63,903 nucleotides of DNA, taken from NCBI GenBank assembly GCA_030264375.1, contig JASCQW010000098.1, forward strand, positions 25,807,285 through 25,871,187. Direction: 5' to 3'. Below are positions 51,440-62,436 of this stretch, piece after piece. The notes below the pieces were generated by a model. That model made no database searches, was not told the DNA's origin, and saw nothing but the letters and a program-made list of their open reading frames with translations. Position 1 is the first letter of the stretch, and the number at the start of each line of letters is the position of its first letter. The position numbers and the translations under genes were made by a program. This DNA comes from Carcharhinus longimanus. Its lineage: Eukaryota.

Positions 51440-54400
51440 GTTCATAATTTTCCCTGAAAATGTCAAAGTACAGTATCGGTGTTAAAGACTGGTATTCAAC
51501 CTGCCAGTCTCAATGGTGGGTTGAACGCCAGATGTGATTCAGGCATCATTAATTATTTATCCATGGGGTTCTTGTCTTATTACGGGCAGGTGACCTGATT
51601 CACCCGCCCCGCCGTGATGTCAGAGCTCCTCAACTCTAGGCACACTGTTAGCATTCTCCCAGCTGCAGAAAGCTCCACGTAACAGATTGACATGCAGCAA
51701 CTACATTTGGCAACACCTCATTGAAGCACCTGTTGAACACAGTGGAGGCCCACTGCAATGTCTTCTTGCTCACTCTGGCCGTAGGAGTTCCATTACAATC
51801 ACCAATTGAGCTTGGGAGGTGGTCACAACACTGATCAGTGCCAATACCCTGCAATAAAAGTCAGCCAACCAAAGCAGGAAGAGAATGAATGATCTCTGTT
51901 CCACCAGGGTAAGTAAACATCTGAGCACTTCCAACTCACACACTCAAGAGTCACCATTTTCAAGGATCTCACTCACTATCACCTCAAGGGATATCACCAC
52001 TCAGTTTCACAAACACCCTCACATCTCCGTATGCCTCTCTGCAGCTTGTCTTCTTATCCTGTCAATGACACCACTCACATCTGTGCATTTGCATGTATCT
52101 TACACTCTCTCAGTCTGACTTCATGCAGGACAAGCTGACTCACAATAAGAAAGAGAAGACCCATACTGGTGTAGGCTTTGCCTAGATCAGGGTTTTGTCA
52201 GACTTTGAAAACAGAACCATCCTACTTGATGTGAACATGGACTGTGCCTGTACTGACAGTGAGGTTGACAACACAAACACAATTGAGGATCTGCAGTAGA
52301 ACANNNNNNNNNNNNNNNNNNNGTGAGTGATTTCTTCTGCTTCACAGTTCCCTGCCATGCACTAATTATCTATCCTTTCTTTCATTGGCACCTCAGGAAA
52401 TCTTCTGAGATCAGCCAGAAGCCAGGCCATTGACTCCAGCCCCAACAAGACCTTAGATTAGGATTCTAAGAAAAGCAACATTGTAGACCCATCACAGCAC
52501 TCAACATTTGCTCCACCAATACAGAGATGCACACCTCAGTGGGATCTACTGATATTGTGGCATCAGGCTCACAGGCTCTGATGAATACAGCACACACTCT
52601 GATCCACAGCAGGTGGAAGCAGGGACATTCCAAGTTGCTGACACTCGGAGGATTACTGCAAGTCGGGAAACGGATGAGTCGGACCAGATAATGAACCTCT
52701 GGACTTGGTCCTAAATGTTGGACCTCCAAAGATACGGGAACATCCAAAAGGGATGTCAGCTGCACTTCTCAGATTACAAGGCACAATGGAGGAGTCTGTC
52801 TGCGTGCAGTCCAAAGTGATCATGCCAACATGGCATTACACTGAGATGAACACTGGCTATGTGGTGCTGCCATGGAGAACTTGGTCCAGGACATTGGGTC
52901 TCCACTGCTCCTTCACTGAGGAACTTGCTGGCATCCATAAATGTCAATGCAAGAGGGCTGTGGAGCATTTCAATCTCACTCCAGTTGCCCGTCTTTCACA
53001 AGCAGTAAGCCAGCGATCCTCAGGCACCCATAGGGAGGAGGACCAGCAGCTTGACACCCCGAGGACATCCACCTAGGTGACTCCTGGAGTGCCCAGCCAG
53101 TACAAACCCTTCTTCCTGTGATCCCATCAGTTCCAGCTCCATAGCCCATAGCAGGGCACCCAAAGTAGACCAGGGGCCTCCAGATCTCAGCCCTTCAGAG
53201 GATGCCTGCCAATACCAGCACAGACAACAGAGTGTTGCAGCCAGAGGCTGCCTCCACCTCTGCTGTGGATGCACTGGGGGCACCAAGACAGAGCCACCGG
53301 GTAAGAAAAGTGAAGAAGATACTGTTGCACACCTGGGCACAGATGTTAACTGCTTGTATATACTGTTCACAAATGTAAATACATTTGCAATCATTTCATG
53401 TGTCTTTGTCTATATCTCCTTCTTATGATGAACTGCGTTCAGGACAATCAGGTGTGAACCTTGCTTCAGTCTTCACAAACTAATGGAAATTGCCTGTGTC
53501 CTGAGCCCCTCTTCTGTGCAGTGAGTTACCATTTGACCACGGTGAATGTCCCATTTCCACATCACTCTCCACTTCAGTGATGCCTGCTCCTTCATGCGAA
53601 GTGTTTTTGCTGCAAGAAACAAACACATGCATCACAGAATCCTGTATGCTTTATTGGCTCCATGCCATTGAGGCCAAGGTATCCCCCTATCACATCTGCA
53701 ATTTTGAAACGAGGTGGTGCAATGTTTAAGGGAAGAGATGATCATGCTTGCAAAAGGCTCCTGTACTCTCATCTGCCTGCTGTCTCTCAGCAATGCCTCG
53801 ATGATACAAGCCTCGTCAAAGAACCTATGTGTGTTGCTATCAGCTAAACAGGTGCCAACGTTCATAGGTGCCAATATGCTGATCTCAGCTAAAGTTGAGG
53901 CATTTTATCACATCAAGTTGATGAAGAAGTGGTACACTCATATGCAGGCATTGAGACACCCAACCTTGAGCGTCTGCAACACTGAAGTTGTGACTATTGC
54001 AGGAGAAGGTCTCTTCACTAAATTTGGTGAACAGTGATGTTCTTCCCACTGCCTTGACTCTTCAACAGGTTAGTGGTGTAAGTTCCAAATGGTGATTTCT
54101 GATGGCCACAACAACCTTTAAGTATACACTGGAATTGCACATTGTCTTTTCATAATGTGCCATAGAGTAATATGATAGGAGCGAGTATGTGATGAACCAG
54201 AATAAGGCTCCTCATTAGCAAAGACCCATGCCCTAGAGGGCTTCACATTGTCTGATCATCTTGTAGCTCACTGGGCAAGCACTAACCGTAAGGACATACT
54301 ACTTGTGTATCAGAGGACACATGCATCCAAGTATCTGGCCATATTATTCTTAGGTGTCCCGCCTCCTGTGTGGAGTTGGGATTAATGTATTTCAAGAACC

Positions 54401-56100
54401 CATCTGAAACTGCTGGATGTAAATGTTATTTCACAGCATGTGCTGCAGACAACTGAGGCATATTTAAGGGAGTCACACCAACATTTCATTGGCTTCTTTG
54501 TCCCAAGTGTAATGTTTAAGTTTCACCATTGATGTAACACATTGTGCGTGGCTGCCTGGTCACAATGGATCTCATTAAGGAGTCTTTCCAGATGGAGGGT
54601 TTGTAGTCAATGTCCCACTCATGATAGTACAAATGGCTATGCATGTTGTAGGGTGCTATTGCAACTAGGAAGCTGGATAAATGTGTGAGGATGCAGGACT
54701 TTCTAATGCCTGATGTTAGGATGACCTCCTTGAGGTAGCAGCACCTCATGTTAGGATGGACACATGCCCGTGAGGCATACTTGTTATTCAAAGGATCAGG
54801 GCAATATGAGTGAGCTGTGATATAATGTAGTGTCATCTGGAAGCACATGGCAGAAATTTGAGGAGTAGCAATGATCATGTTCATGCTGTCCCTTGATGGA
54901 GGAGACTTGTCCAGGAGGGTCTTCAATGCATCTTGTAACTCTCCTCCTTGAATCTGCTGGCAATGAGTGCCTAACAAATATGCCAGTTTCTCTTTACCTG
55001 CCTTCTTGACTTCCAGGAATCATTACCATCAAGAAGTCTTTGCAGGAGACATGGAGCACCCCCAACTCCTCATTTGTCAGGTCATCCTACCTTTGTAGCA
55101 TCAGGTTGTGTAGAACACAAAAAGCCACACTGATAGTCATACCCTCTGGGGAGCGTACTGGAGTGCTCTGCCAGATCTGTCCAGGCATTGTAATTTGCTT
55201 TTCAGGATCCCTAGGGTGTGTCTGGGTTGTGACATTAGCCTTGTCATACCTCCTCTCAGCAAGTGTCTGAGGCCACCACATGAATGTTATCACAGGCAAA
55301 TCCTTTTTGCAGATAAATTCTTGTTACTGAGGAGTTAACCTTGCATCCTGTATGGCCTCTAGAAGATGTAAAGGATCTGAGACCTACTGAGGATGTATTC
55401 GTTGATGCTTCAGGGGTATCTGGCACAAACCTGCATGAGACATTTGTTATCACCAGACACTCACTGAACCTTGAGCAAGTGAAAGCCTTTGCGATTGATG
55501 TACTGGGCTGTTTGTTGCTGGGGAGCTTTTAGAGCCTCAAAGATATAGTCACCCTGCAATTGTGGAAATCCAGAAATATCAGGAAAAGCCCAGTGCCCAG
55601 CTTGCCTGATCTCTGTTGACATTGACAAAATTGTGGGCAAAGATAGCAGCTGTGACCCCCTAAATGTATTTGTGGGTGAAGGTTTGCCAAATTCTGCAGA
55701 TACAGATGTCCCCAATGGAGTCCTGGAAGAAGTCATTGTTGAGTATGATGGTGACTTTCCCTGCGACTGGCAGTAAATGCCCTCCAAGTCCTCAAGACAC
55801 AAAATTCTGTAGCAGATGGCATATGTGAGTGACCAGATCGCTTGGCATGAGCTGGTATGGGCAACACTGGTTCTCACTCATCTGCAGGTAGAACTTGTGA
55901 CATCTATACGCCCTTGCTCCAGCAAGACACCTACAAATGACAGCTCTCAGGGGACCATCTTCTGTATCTGGAGGATGCCCTGTTGCTTGTTGGTCTTGGA
56001 GGTTCAGCTCCTTCTCTCGGCAAACTAGGTGCCTTCATCTCCTTCGTCTCTCCTGCCTGTAAGCCGTTATGCAGGCAGCAATAACACTAGCCACCATTTT
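51440..56100. mobile_element. Second decayed two-gene Harbinger (Myb + ~51660-53320; transposase - ~54900-56050)
   Basis: RKRMNDL..|gtaagt and cag|DKLTHNKKEKTHTG; QYINRKGFHLLKVQ, QVCARYP, AFCVLHNL; ends not resolved. Confidence 0.75.
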
Positions 56101-56224
56101 CCTAATGATCTTCTTACTGCAGTATTAATGAGGGAGACAAAAGATTCAGCATTTGTATCCAAAAGTCTCTACTGTAATGCAAACTTCTCCAATACATCGT
56201 CACTAACTGTCCCAGGTTCCCAAG

Positions 56225-56493
56225 TCTTCATGTCTTTCTTCACAGTAAACATAGAAGAGAAATATTCATTGAGAACTTTGCCCATCTCCTGCAGTTCCGC
56301 ACATGTGTGTCCACTTTGGATCTATTTTCTTTCTAGCTCTTTTTCCTTTAATACACTTAAAGTATCCCTTTGGATTCATCTTAATCCTCACAGCCAAAGC
56401 TACTTCATACTCCCTTTTTGCTCTTCTAATTTCCTTCTTGACTGTACTTCTGTATCACCTGTACACCTCCAGAGAATCCCTTGATTCCAGCTA
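56225..56493 (-). mobile_element. CR1 ORF2 fragment (target of the R2 insertion)
   Basis: KKEIRRAKREYEVALAVRIKMNPKGYFKCIKGK. Confidence 0.8.
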
Positions 56494-56778
56494 TTTTAAT
56501 ACACTCAATGAGTGCCTTATTCGAGTCTTTACGTCGCTCGGCGACGGTTTGGACTACCTCTGGCGAAACCACATTCAAGGGCTCGCTGATCTTAATTGAG
56601 GAACGTGAGCTGTTGTCTAAGCTAGAGATGTTATAACTAGCTAACTAGTGTCATCCCGATCTAATAGGGACCTACTGATGAGCCATTTTGTTGGTACCGA
56701 GTGCACAAGAACCCTCATAATGACGAGGGTGGAAATTTAGAGGGTTATTTATGCCAGATTAATGGGAATCCAATTACA

Positions 56779-56976
56779 GGACAATTTATTGTCGCCAATC
56801 AGCCTACCCTGCATGTTTTTGGAATGTGGGAGGAAACCGGAGTGCCTGGGGAAAACCCACGAAAACACAGGGAGAATGTGCAAACTCCCACAGACATTAA
56901 CCCAGGTCGGAATTCATTCCTGGATCTCTGTTACTGCCCAGCACACAGTGCTAACCACTGAGCTGACGTGTTGCCC
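56779..56976 (-). mobile_element. tRNA/V-domain SINE head embedded in the R2 3' UTR, same orientation
   Basis: gggcaacacg..cagtggttagcact (A box), ggaatgaattcc (degenerate B box), V core ctccggtttcctcccaca; no LINE-derived SINE tail. Confidence 0.85.
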
Positions 56977-57273
56977 ATTGACCAGTCCAGAAGTAGCACG
57001 CACTAACGGCCGTGACGCACTGGGCGCCTCTCGCATCAACACCCAAGAACCATCCAAGTATGACCTGCCGAGTGTACGCCCCTTGTTGGTTAACAAGGTG
57101 GACTGCAACACCTGTGGATGGAATTAGGTGTTAATCAATGAAATACAAATAGACAGTACACAGACAGTACAAACAAGTATCAAAGTCCACCATGTAAGTT
57201 CATATGGCCTCCATGTGGGCTATAAGCCCGGTGGTCTGACCAGTGGCCATCTTGTCCAATGGTCTCGTGCCTC

Positions 57274-60200
57274 TCACCTGTCGTTGAAGATCCCCAGTAG
57301 CTCCAATGTTAGCGACAAGGTGAGCCTTGAAATTTGTTGGGCGAATGATTGGAATCTCTTTATTCCCAGGAAGGACATGAGGCTGTTGTTCTTTTCCAGC
57401 CACTTCCCCCGGGCACCAACAACAAATCCAAAGAATTGGTGATTCAGGCACCCAGTTAGTTTTTCACCCTCTGGTCCGAGGCGTTGGTATTTTAGGCACT
57501 TTTCCTGCCACGCCGTCTCCAGACTGCCGCAATTGTCTTCGAACCGGACTGTCACATCTACCACTGCCACCTTCTGGTCTTTCTCCCTCTCGAAGACGAT
57601 GTTGGGTTTCCAGAGGGTGCCGTCCTTGGCAATCAGTCGTGATTCCAGGTAGGATGTCCAGCCGTATTTTCCGACACAGTTGCGCAGCTGTTCTAGGATC
57701 TTATTGTGGCGCTTAATCCGGCAGTTCTTTACAAACGGGCACCGTCCAGAAATGTGGCTCAGGGTTTCTAAACCTGCCTCACACCTTCGGCAGGATTTAG
57801 TAACAAAGGGATTCCCTCTTGACAGGGTCACCCTTGTCGGGTACAGATTGTATCTGAGTAGTACATTGTTTATGAGGCGATGGGATTTAAGCTGCTATGT
57901 AGCCTTCATCCAACTGTTTGAGATTTTATCATTATTGTAATAGTGTGTACCAATGCCTTGTGAGGGTAGCTGTTTCCACTCACAGAACTCCCATTCCCTC
58001 CACCCCTGCATACTTGTTTACTGGTTTCTTGTGGCCTGCCTCTTCCGCATTGAGTATGGGTAATGCGGCTCTGATCGTGTTCAACTCTGCTTCGTCACTG
58101 CTGCCCTCTTTGCTGGCATGAAGTCCTCGATCTCTCTCAATGCCCTGAGAGACCGCAGTCCTTCGATGTTCTCGCCAATGTTCTGTTCGCAGAACTGGAA
58201 AGAGGCGCGAATGACTCGGTCAGTTGAGGCAGACAGCGATTCCCATTTCCGGATCACCGCAGATGGTATTTGGATCTCCAGCTTGGGAATCCCCAGACCT
58301 CCATTCCAAACCCGTGAATAGAGGATGCTGTCTGTTGTATGGGGTGGAAGGTGCAGGAACTGCTTGACAGCATTGCAGATCAATTGGTCCAGTTTTATAA
58401 GCGTGTTCTGGGACGCTTCCGATCGGATCAAATGAAAGTATAGCCTCGGGATGACGTGGACCGTAAGCAGCTCTACTCGTTGCCTCGGCCTGAGAGCTGC
58501 TGCCTGTAAGCTGGAAATCCAGGCCTTTAGTCTCTCTTCCCACACACCTTCTTCTACGCCAGCCCATGGATCGATTCGGGCTCCCAGGTATTTCTCAGCC
58601 TCTCCTGGGGGGATGTATGCTATATCTTCCTTCCGAATCTGCCAGTTTTTGCACTGATGATATATGAAGGTCTTCCTCTTACAGGCAAAGTGGAAGCCTT
58701 TGGTCTTATTGGTGTTGACAGTCAGGCCAGTCGAGTCGCAAAAAGACTGGAGAATCTTCAGGTTACGGGTCATCCCGACGTATGAATCGCTTAGAAGTGC
58801 GATGTCATCAGCGAAAGCTAGGGCTGAGCAGTCGACTCTTGCTCCATCTAGCGTCATGCTGACACCAGATCCCGCTTCCTCGAGGCTACATAGGATCCAT
58901 GGATCCTCGAGGATCCATTGCAATGTTAAATAGTATGGGGGAGAGTGGGTCTCCCTGCTTGACACCCCTCTCAATTTTTATTGGTGCAGTCTTGGATTTG
59001 TTGCCCTCGACCACAGTTGTATTGCCAGTGTAGAGGTCCTGAATAAGCTCTACAAAGGCCTTTGGCAGCTTGGTTCTTTGCAATGATTTTATGAGTAGCT
59101 TGTGCCCCACCGAATCAAATGCTTTCGCCAGGTCCACAAAAACAACGGCCAGGTCCTTGTGATTTCTCTTAGCTCCCTTCATGATGTTTTGCAACACTGC
59201 GATGTTCTCGTTGCATCCGGGAGTGGCTGCTAAAAACCCCTTCTGCCGTGGGTTTATTTCGACTGTTTCACTCAGTCTTTTTGCCATGATCTTTGTAAAT
59301 AGGCGTAGCAGCATTGGACCAATTGTAATAGGGCACCAGTTGTCTGTTTTTTAGGCGGCCCGTATCCTCACACTTGGGTATAAGGACTGTCCGCCTCTGT
59401 TTCGTACAGTTCGGGATCTTTCTAGAGGCCAACCACAGTGTGAAGAGGCGAGATATGCGGGTGTCATACGTCTCATGGATATCACGGATGTCCTCCAACC
59501 TTTTGACCATCCGGACCCGGTGCACTTTCCTCCTTAATACCCTTGATGGCTTGGGTAACCTCTTCTGTAGTGATTGGCTTCATCAAGTCTCCGTTGTCTA
59601 TTCTCCCGCTGTATGCAGCGAATTTGTTGATGTTCGCTTTATTATTCTGGCTGGAGAGTTTCTGCCGATAGCTTGCCTCCAGTTCCGTTATGGATAATGG
59701 ACAGGTGCTCTGTGCTGGCGCGCCCATAATCTGTCGGGTCAGCTGGCGCCTGTTGTTCTTGTAGAGCAGTTGTGTAGCTCTAAAAACGGATTTTTGTCTT
59801 GCCCATCTCTTTCTGGCCCCGCTGTTAACCCCGTGCCATTCTTTCCGGTTGTCTTTTACCGATATCTTTGCCATCGGACTGTTCTTCGTCTGTCTGCCTG
59901 TCTCACCTCCCATCAGAAGGTCCGTGATACTCTCAACTATCCCCACTGCTAAGGCATGATTGTCTGCACTGTTCTTCGCCTTCAGGAGCTCCTCCGCCCT
60001 GACCAGGTGTTCGTCCATGTCCCTATGTTTAGGAACTCGGGCCGGAGGTTTCACAGTGATACTTACGTGAGGGACTGGGCTCCCGACAACTGCCTCAACT
60101 GGTTCCTGTTCTTGCTCGGAATCCAGCTGTGCCTCCACACCCTCCTGTGGTGCAGTTTTGCGTGCCATTGCAAGCTGCCTGCGCTTGTCTGAGATTTGCT

Positions 60201-60658
60201 TGGCCGTTTTGGATGTTAAAATACTACCGATCTCTTTATTAATGAACCAGGCACCAGCAAATCTCTTTTCAAGCTCTTCGAGGAGTGATTCCTCCTCCTC
60301 GGACCAAACGCTTTTTTGTCTACCCCGTTTGGTGGTGGTGGTTTTGGGCAGTGCTTTCTTCGCGCGTTTTTCATTGCGAAGAACCGGATGACGGTGTCTC
60401 ACATGTTGGCTGAGCCCACTCTATTGTGAAGGACAATTCACAAGCACTGCACTGGTATTGCCCGATTGTCACGGCTCGACCCTCACCCTGACATTTCGGG
60501 TAGTGGCAGGCAATAGAGTGGAACTCCCCAGACTTACCGCATCGAGAACATTTGGTCTTAATGTTCTTTGTCTTATGCACTGTTTTGAGGTGGTCTCTAA
60601 ACGCACCGACCGTGGGGAGTATGGTATTACAGGGCTTGCAATACAACGCATCAGTGGG
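57274..60658 (-). pseudogene. R2 ORF (several frameshifts, at least one stop)
   Basis: CKPC..H..H, CSRC..H..C and CSAC..H..H fingers; WSEEE..KTAKQISDKRR (Myb); APGPDG, VDLAKAFDSV, GVKQGDPLSPILFN, AFADD, KYLG; CRRC..ETLSHI..C, RHN, KPNIV, VDVTV, K..KY. Confidence 0.93.
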
Positions 60659-61262
60659 NNNNNNNNNNNNNNNNNNNNNNNNNNNNNNNNNNNNNNNNNN
60701 NNNNNNNNNNNNNNNNNNNNNNNNNNNNNNNNNNNNNNNNNNNNNNNNNNNNNNNNNNAGCAAACTATCAGATTAACAAGCAGTGCAAAATTCCAAGGTG
60801 GCCTGAATCTGGCCCTTCCCTCATTGGCCTTTGAAAGTCCTGCTTTGAGAGTCTGCAATGGATATATCATAAAGGGGTGATAGATTGATGTTGAGAAGCA
60901 AAGTCTCACTATGCATCTATTATTGTTTCATTCAATAACTTAGTGCCTGTATACTTCTCTCCCAATGTGGCCTCCAGATTAATCCCAGGAGGTAATGTTT
61001 AGGCCTTATAATTGTTAGGTTGTGGGGGATGCAACGTACTACCACAAATATAGCGATCATCTTGAGAGTGTAATGCAGAGATCCCCCAAGGAATCTAGAC
61101 AACAAAATCTCTAAATGTGGTTGAAAGCTCTTTGACCTCATTTGGTGAGGTGAAAAAAGGGGGTCTGAAGACATGTGTGAAGGGTCATCCCATGTCTCTT
61201 AGCAGTCATCCTATTCTGCCTAGGAAGCCCCAAAGACAGCAATGTTACAGAATAATAATAGT

Positions 61263-61385
61263 CGCCAGAATTCTTCCACTCCACCCACCACGGAATCAGA
61301 GTGGACGAGGAGTGAACAATGGAAATGTCCGTTGACCTCGGGCAGGATTTTCCAGTCTCAGGTCAAGCGAGGCCATAAGATGTGT
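61263..61385. mobile_element. MITE related to 2147-2261
   Basis: Shared blocks cacg(g)gaatc, gtcc.t.gac, ttttccagt and aagcgagg. Confidence 0.5.
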
Positions 61386-62239
61386 CTTATGGGCCAGTGT
61401 GTCTGCTTCCAGGATAGCAGGCATTCATCCGAGATTAATTTTTTGGTGTAATCAGACTCCAATTGACAGAATGATAGCGCTTGCACTTCAGGTATTACTC
61501 CCCATTGGCATAGGCTCTTACAGAGCCAATGTGTGTGCAGTAAAAATCACTATCCTAGCAAACTCACTTGCCCACTCTTGGTATTTCCTCCTCATGGAGA
61601 AGAGGATGAAGTATCTTCTCACATCAAGTGCCTTTATTCATCTTCTGTGGATGACAAACTGCAACATATTGCTCATATCTCTAACTCCTGCATGGAAAGA
61701 ACTGGTTGAGAAGAATGAAAAGGACATGGCCATCTACACCATCACTGGAAGGACCATCCTTTCCCTGATTTGAGGCTCCAGGTCTTTGTGAAAGAGTTGA
61801 TACAACTCCTCACAGAGTTTCCGCTCTCTAACTCCTCCTCAACCTTTCCTGCTCAAGATCACATGGCACTGCAACTACTGCTCCGTTCTTATGCAAACAT
61901 GTAATTATCTGCCTTCCGTGTTCAGCAGAACCTTGAAATTCCTTGAGCAACTCCTGTGTGTTTCCACCAATTCTGCTTGAGCAAAAGAAAATCGAAAGCA
62001 CCTCAGCTGCAATTTGTTATGTAGCCCTTTAAATAGCCCCAGGAAGGAGTCAATCTTGCTTGCTAATGCTTGTTGTTTCAAGAGTGATTAAGAAAAGCAT
62101 CCCCTATGACTGAAGAAGTTGAAACGACAAGATCATGATCTGACTGATGCATTGTATGCATGTTAAAATTGGGCAATGTGTGTGCAGAGAAGGCTTTCCT
62201 TATTCACTCTTGAAACAACAAATAAATATGATGGGTTAT

Positions 62240-62436
62240 TATAGAATCATAGAATACCTACAGTGAAGAAGTGGAGAACTATAATGCAGAAGGAGGCCAT
62301 TTAGCCCATTGAACCTGTACTGACCACAATCCCACCCAAGCCCTATTCCCATAACGGCACATATTTACCCTGCTAATCCCCTGACACTGGGGTTAATTTA
62401 GCATGGCCAATCAGCCTAACCCCCACATCTTTGGAT
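62240..62436 (-). mobile_element. 5'-truncated HE1-like SINE
   Basis: Tail atagaatcatagaat and 3' body. Confidence 0.8.

Larger units (their letters stand above)
56494..60658 (-). mobile_element. R2 non-LTR retrotransposon, clade A, near full length; 5' end lost in the gap
   Basis: Three zinc fingers, Myb, RT and CCHC/RLE domains, followed by a ~780-nt 3' UTR ending AAAA|TAGC. Confidence 0.93.

Noticed and set aside
56554-56585. 28S rRNA gene or flanking rDNA remnant
   Set aside because: Only ~30 nt, antisense to the element and internal to its UTR; not rDNA flank
60760-61250. R2 5' UTR or HDV-like ribozyme
   Set aside because: CpG-poor with no recognisable fold or 28S upstream sequence; the true 5' end is probably in the gap
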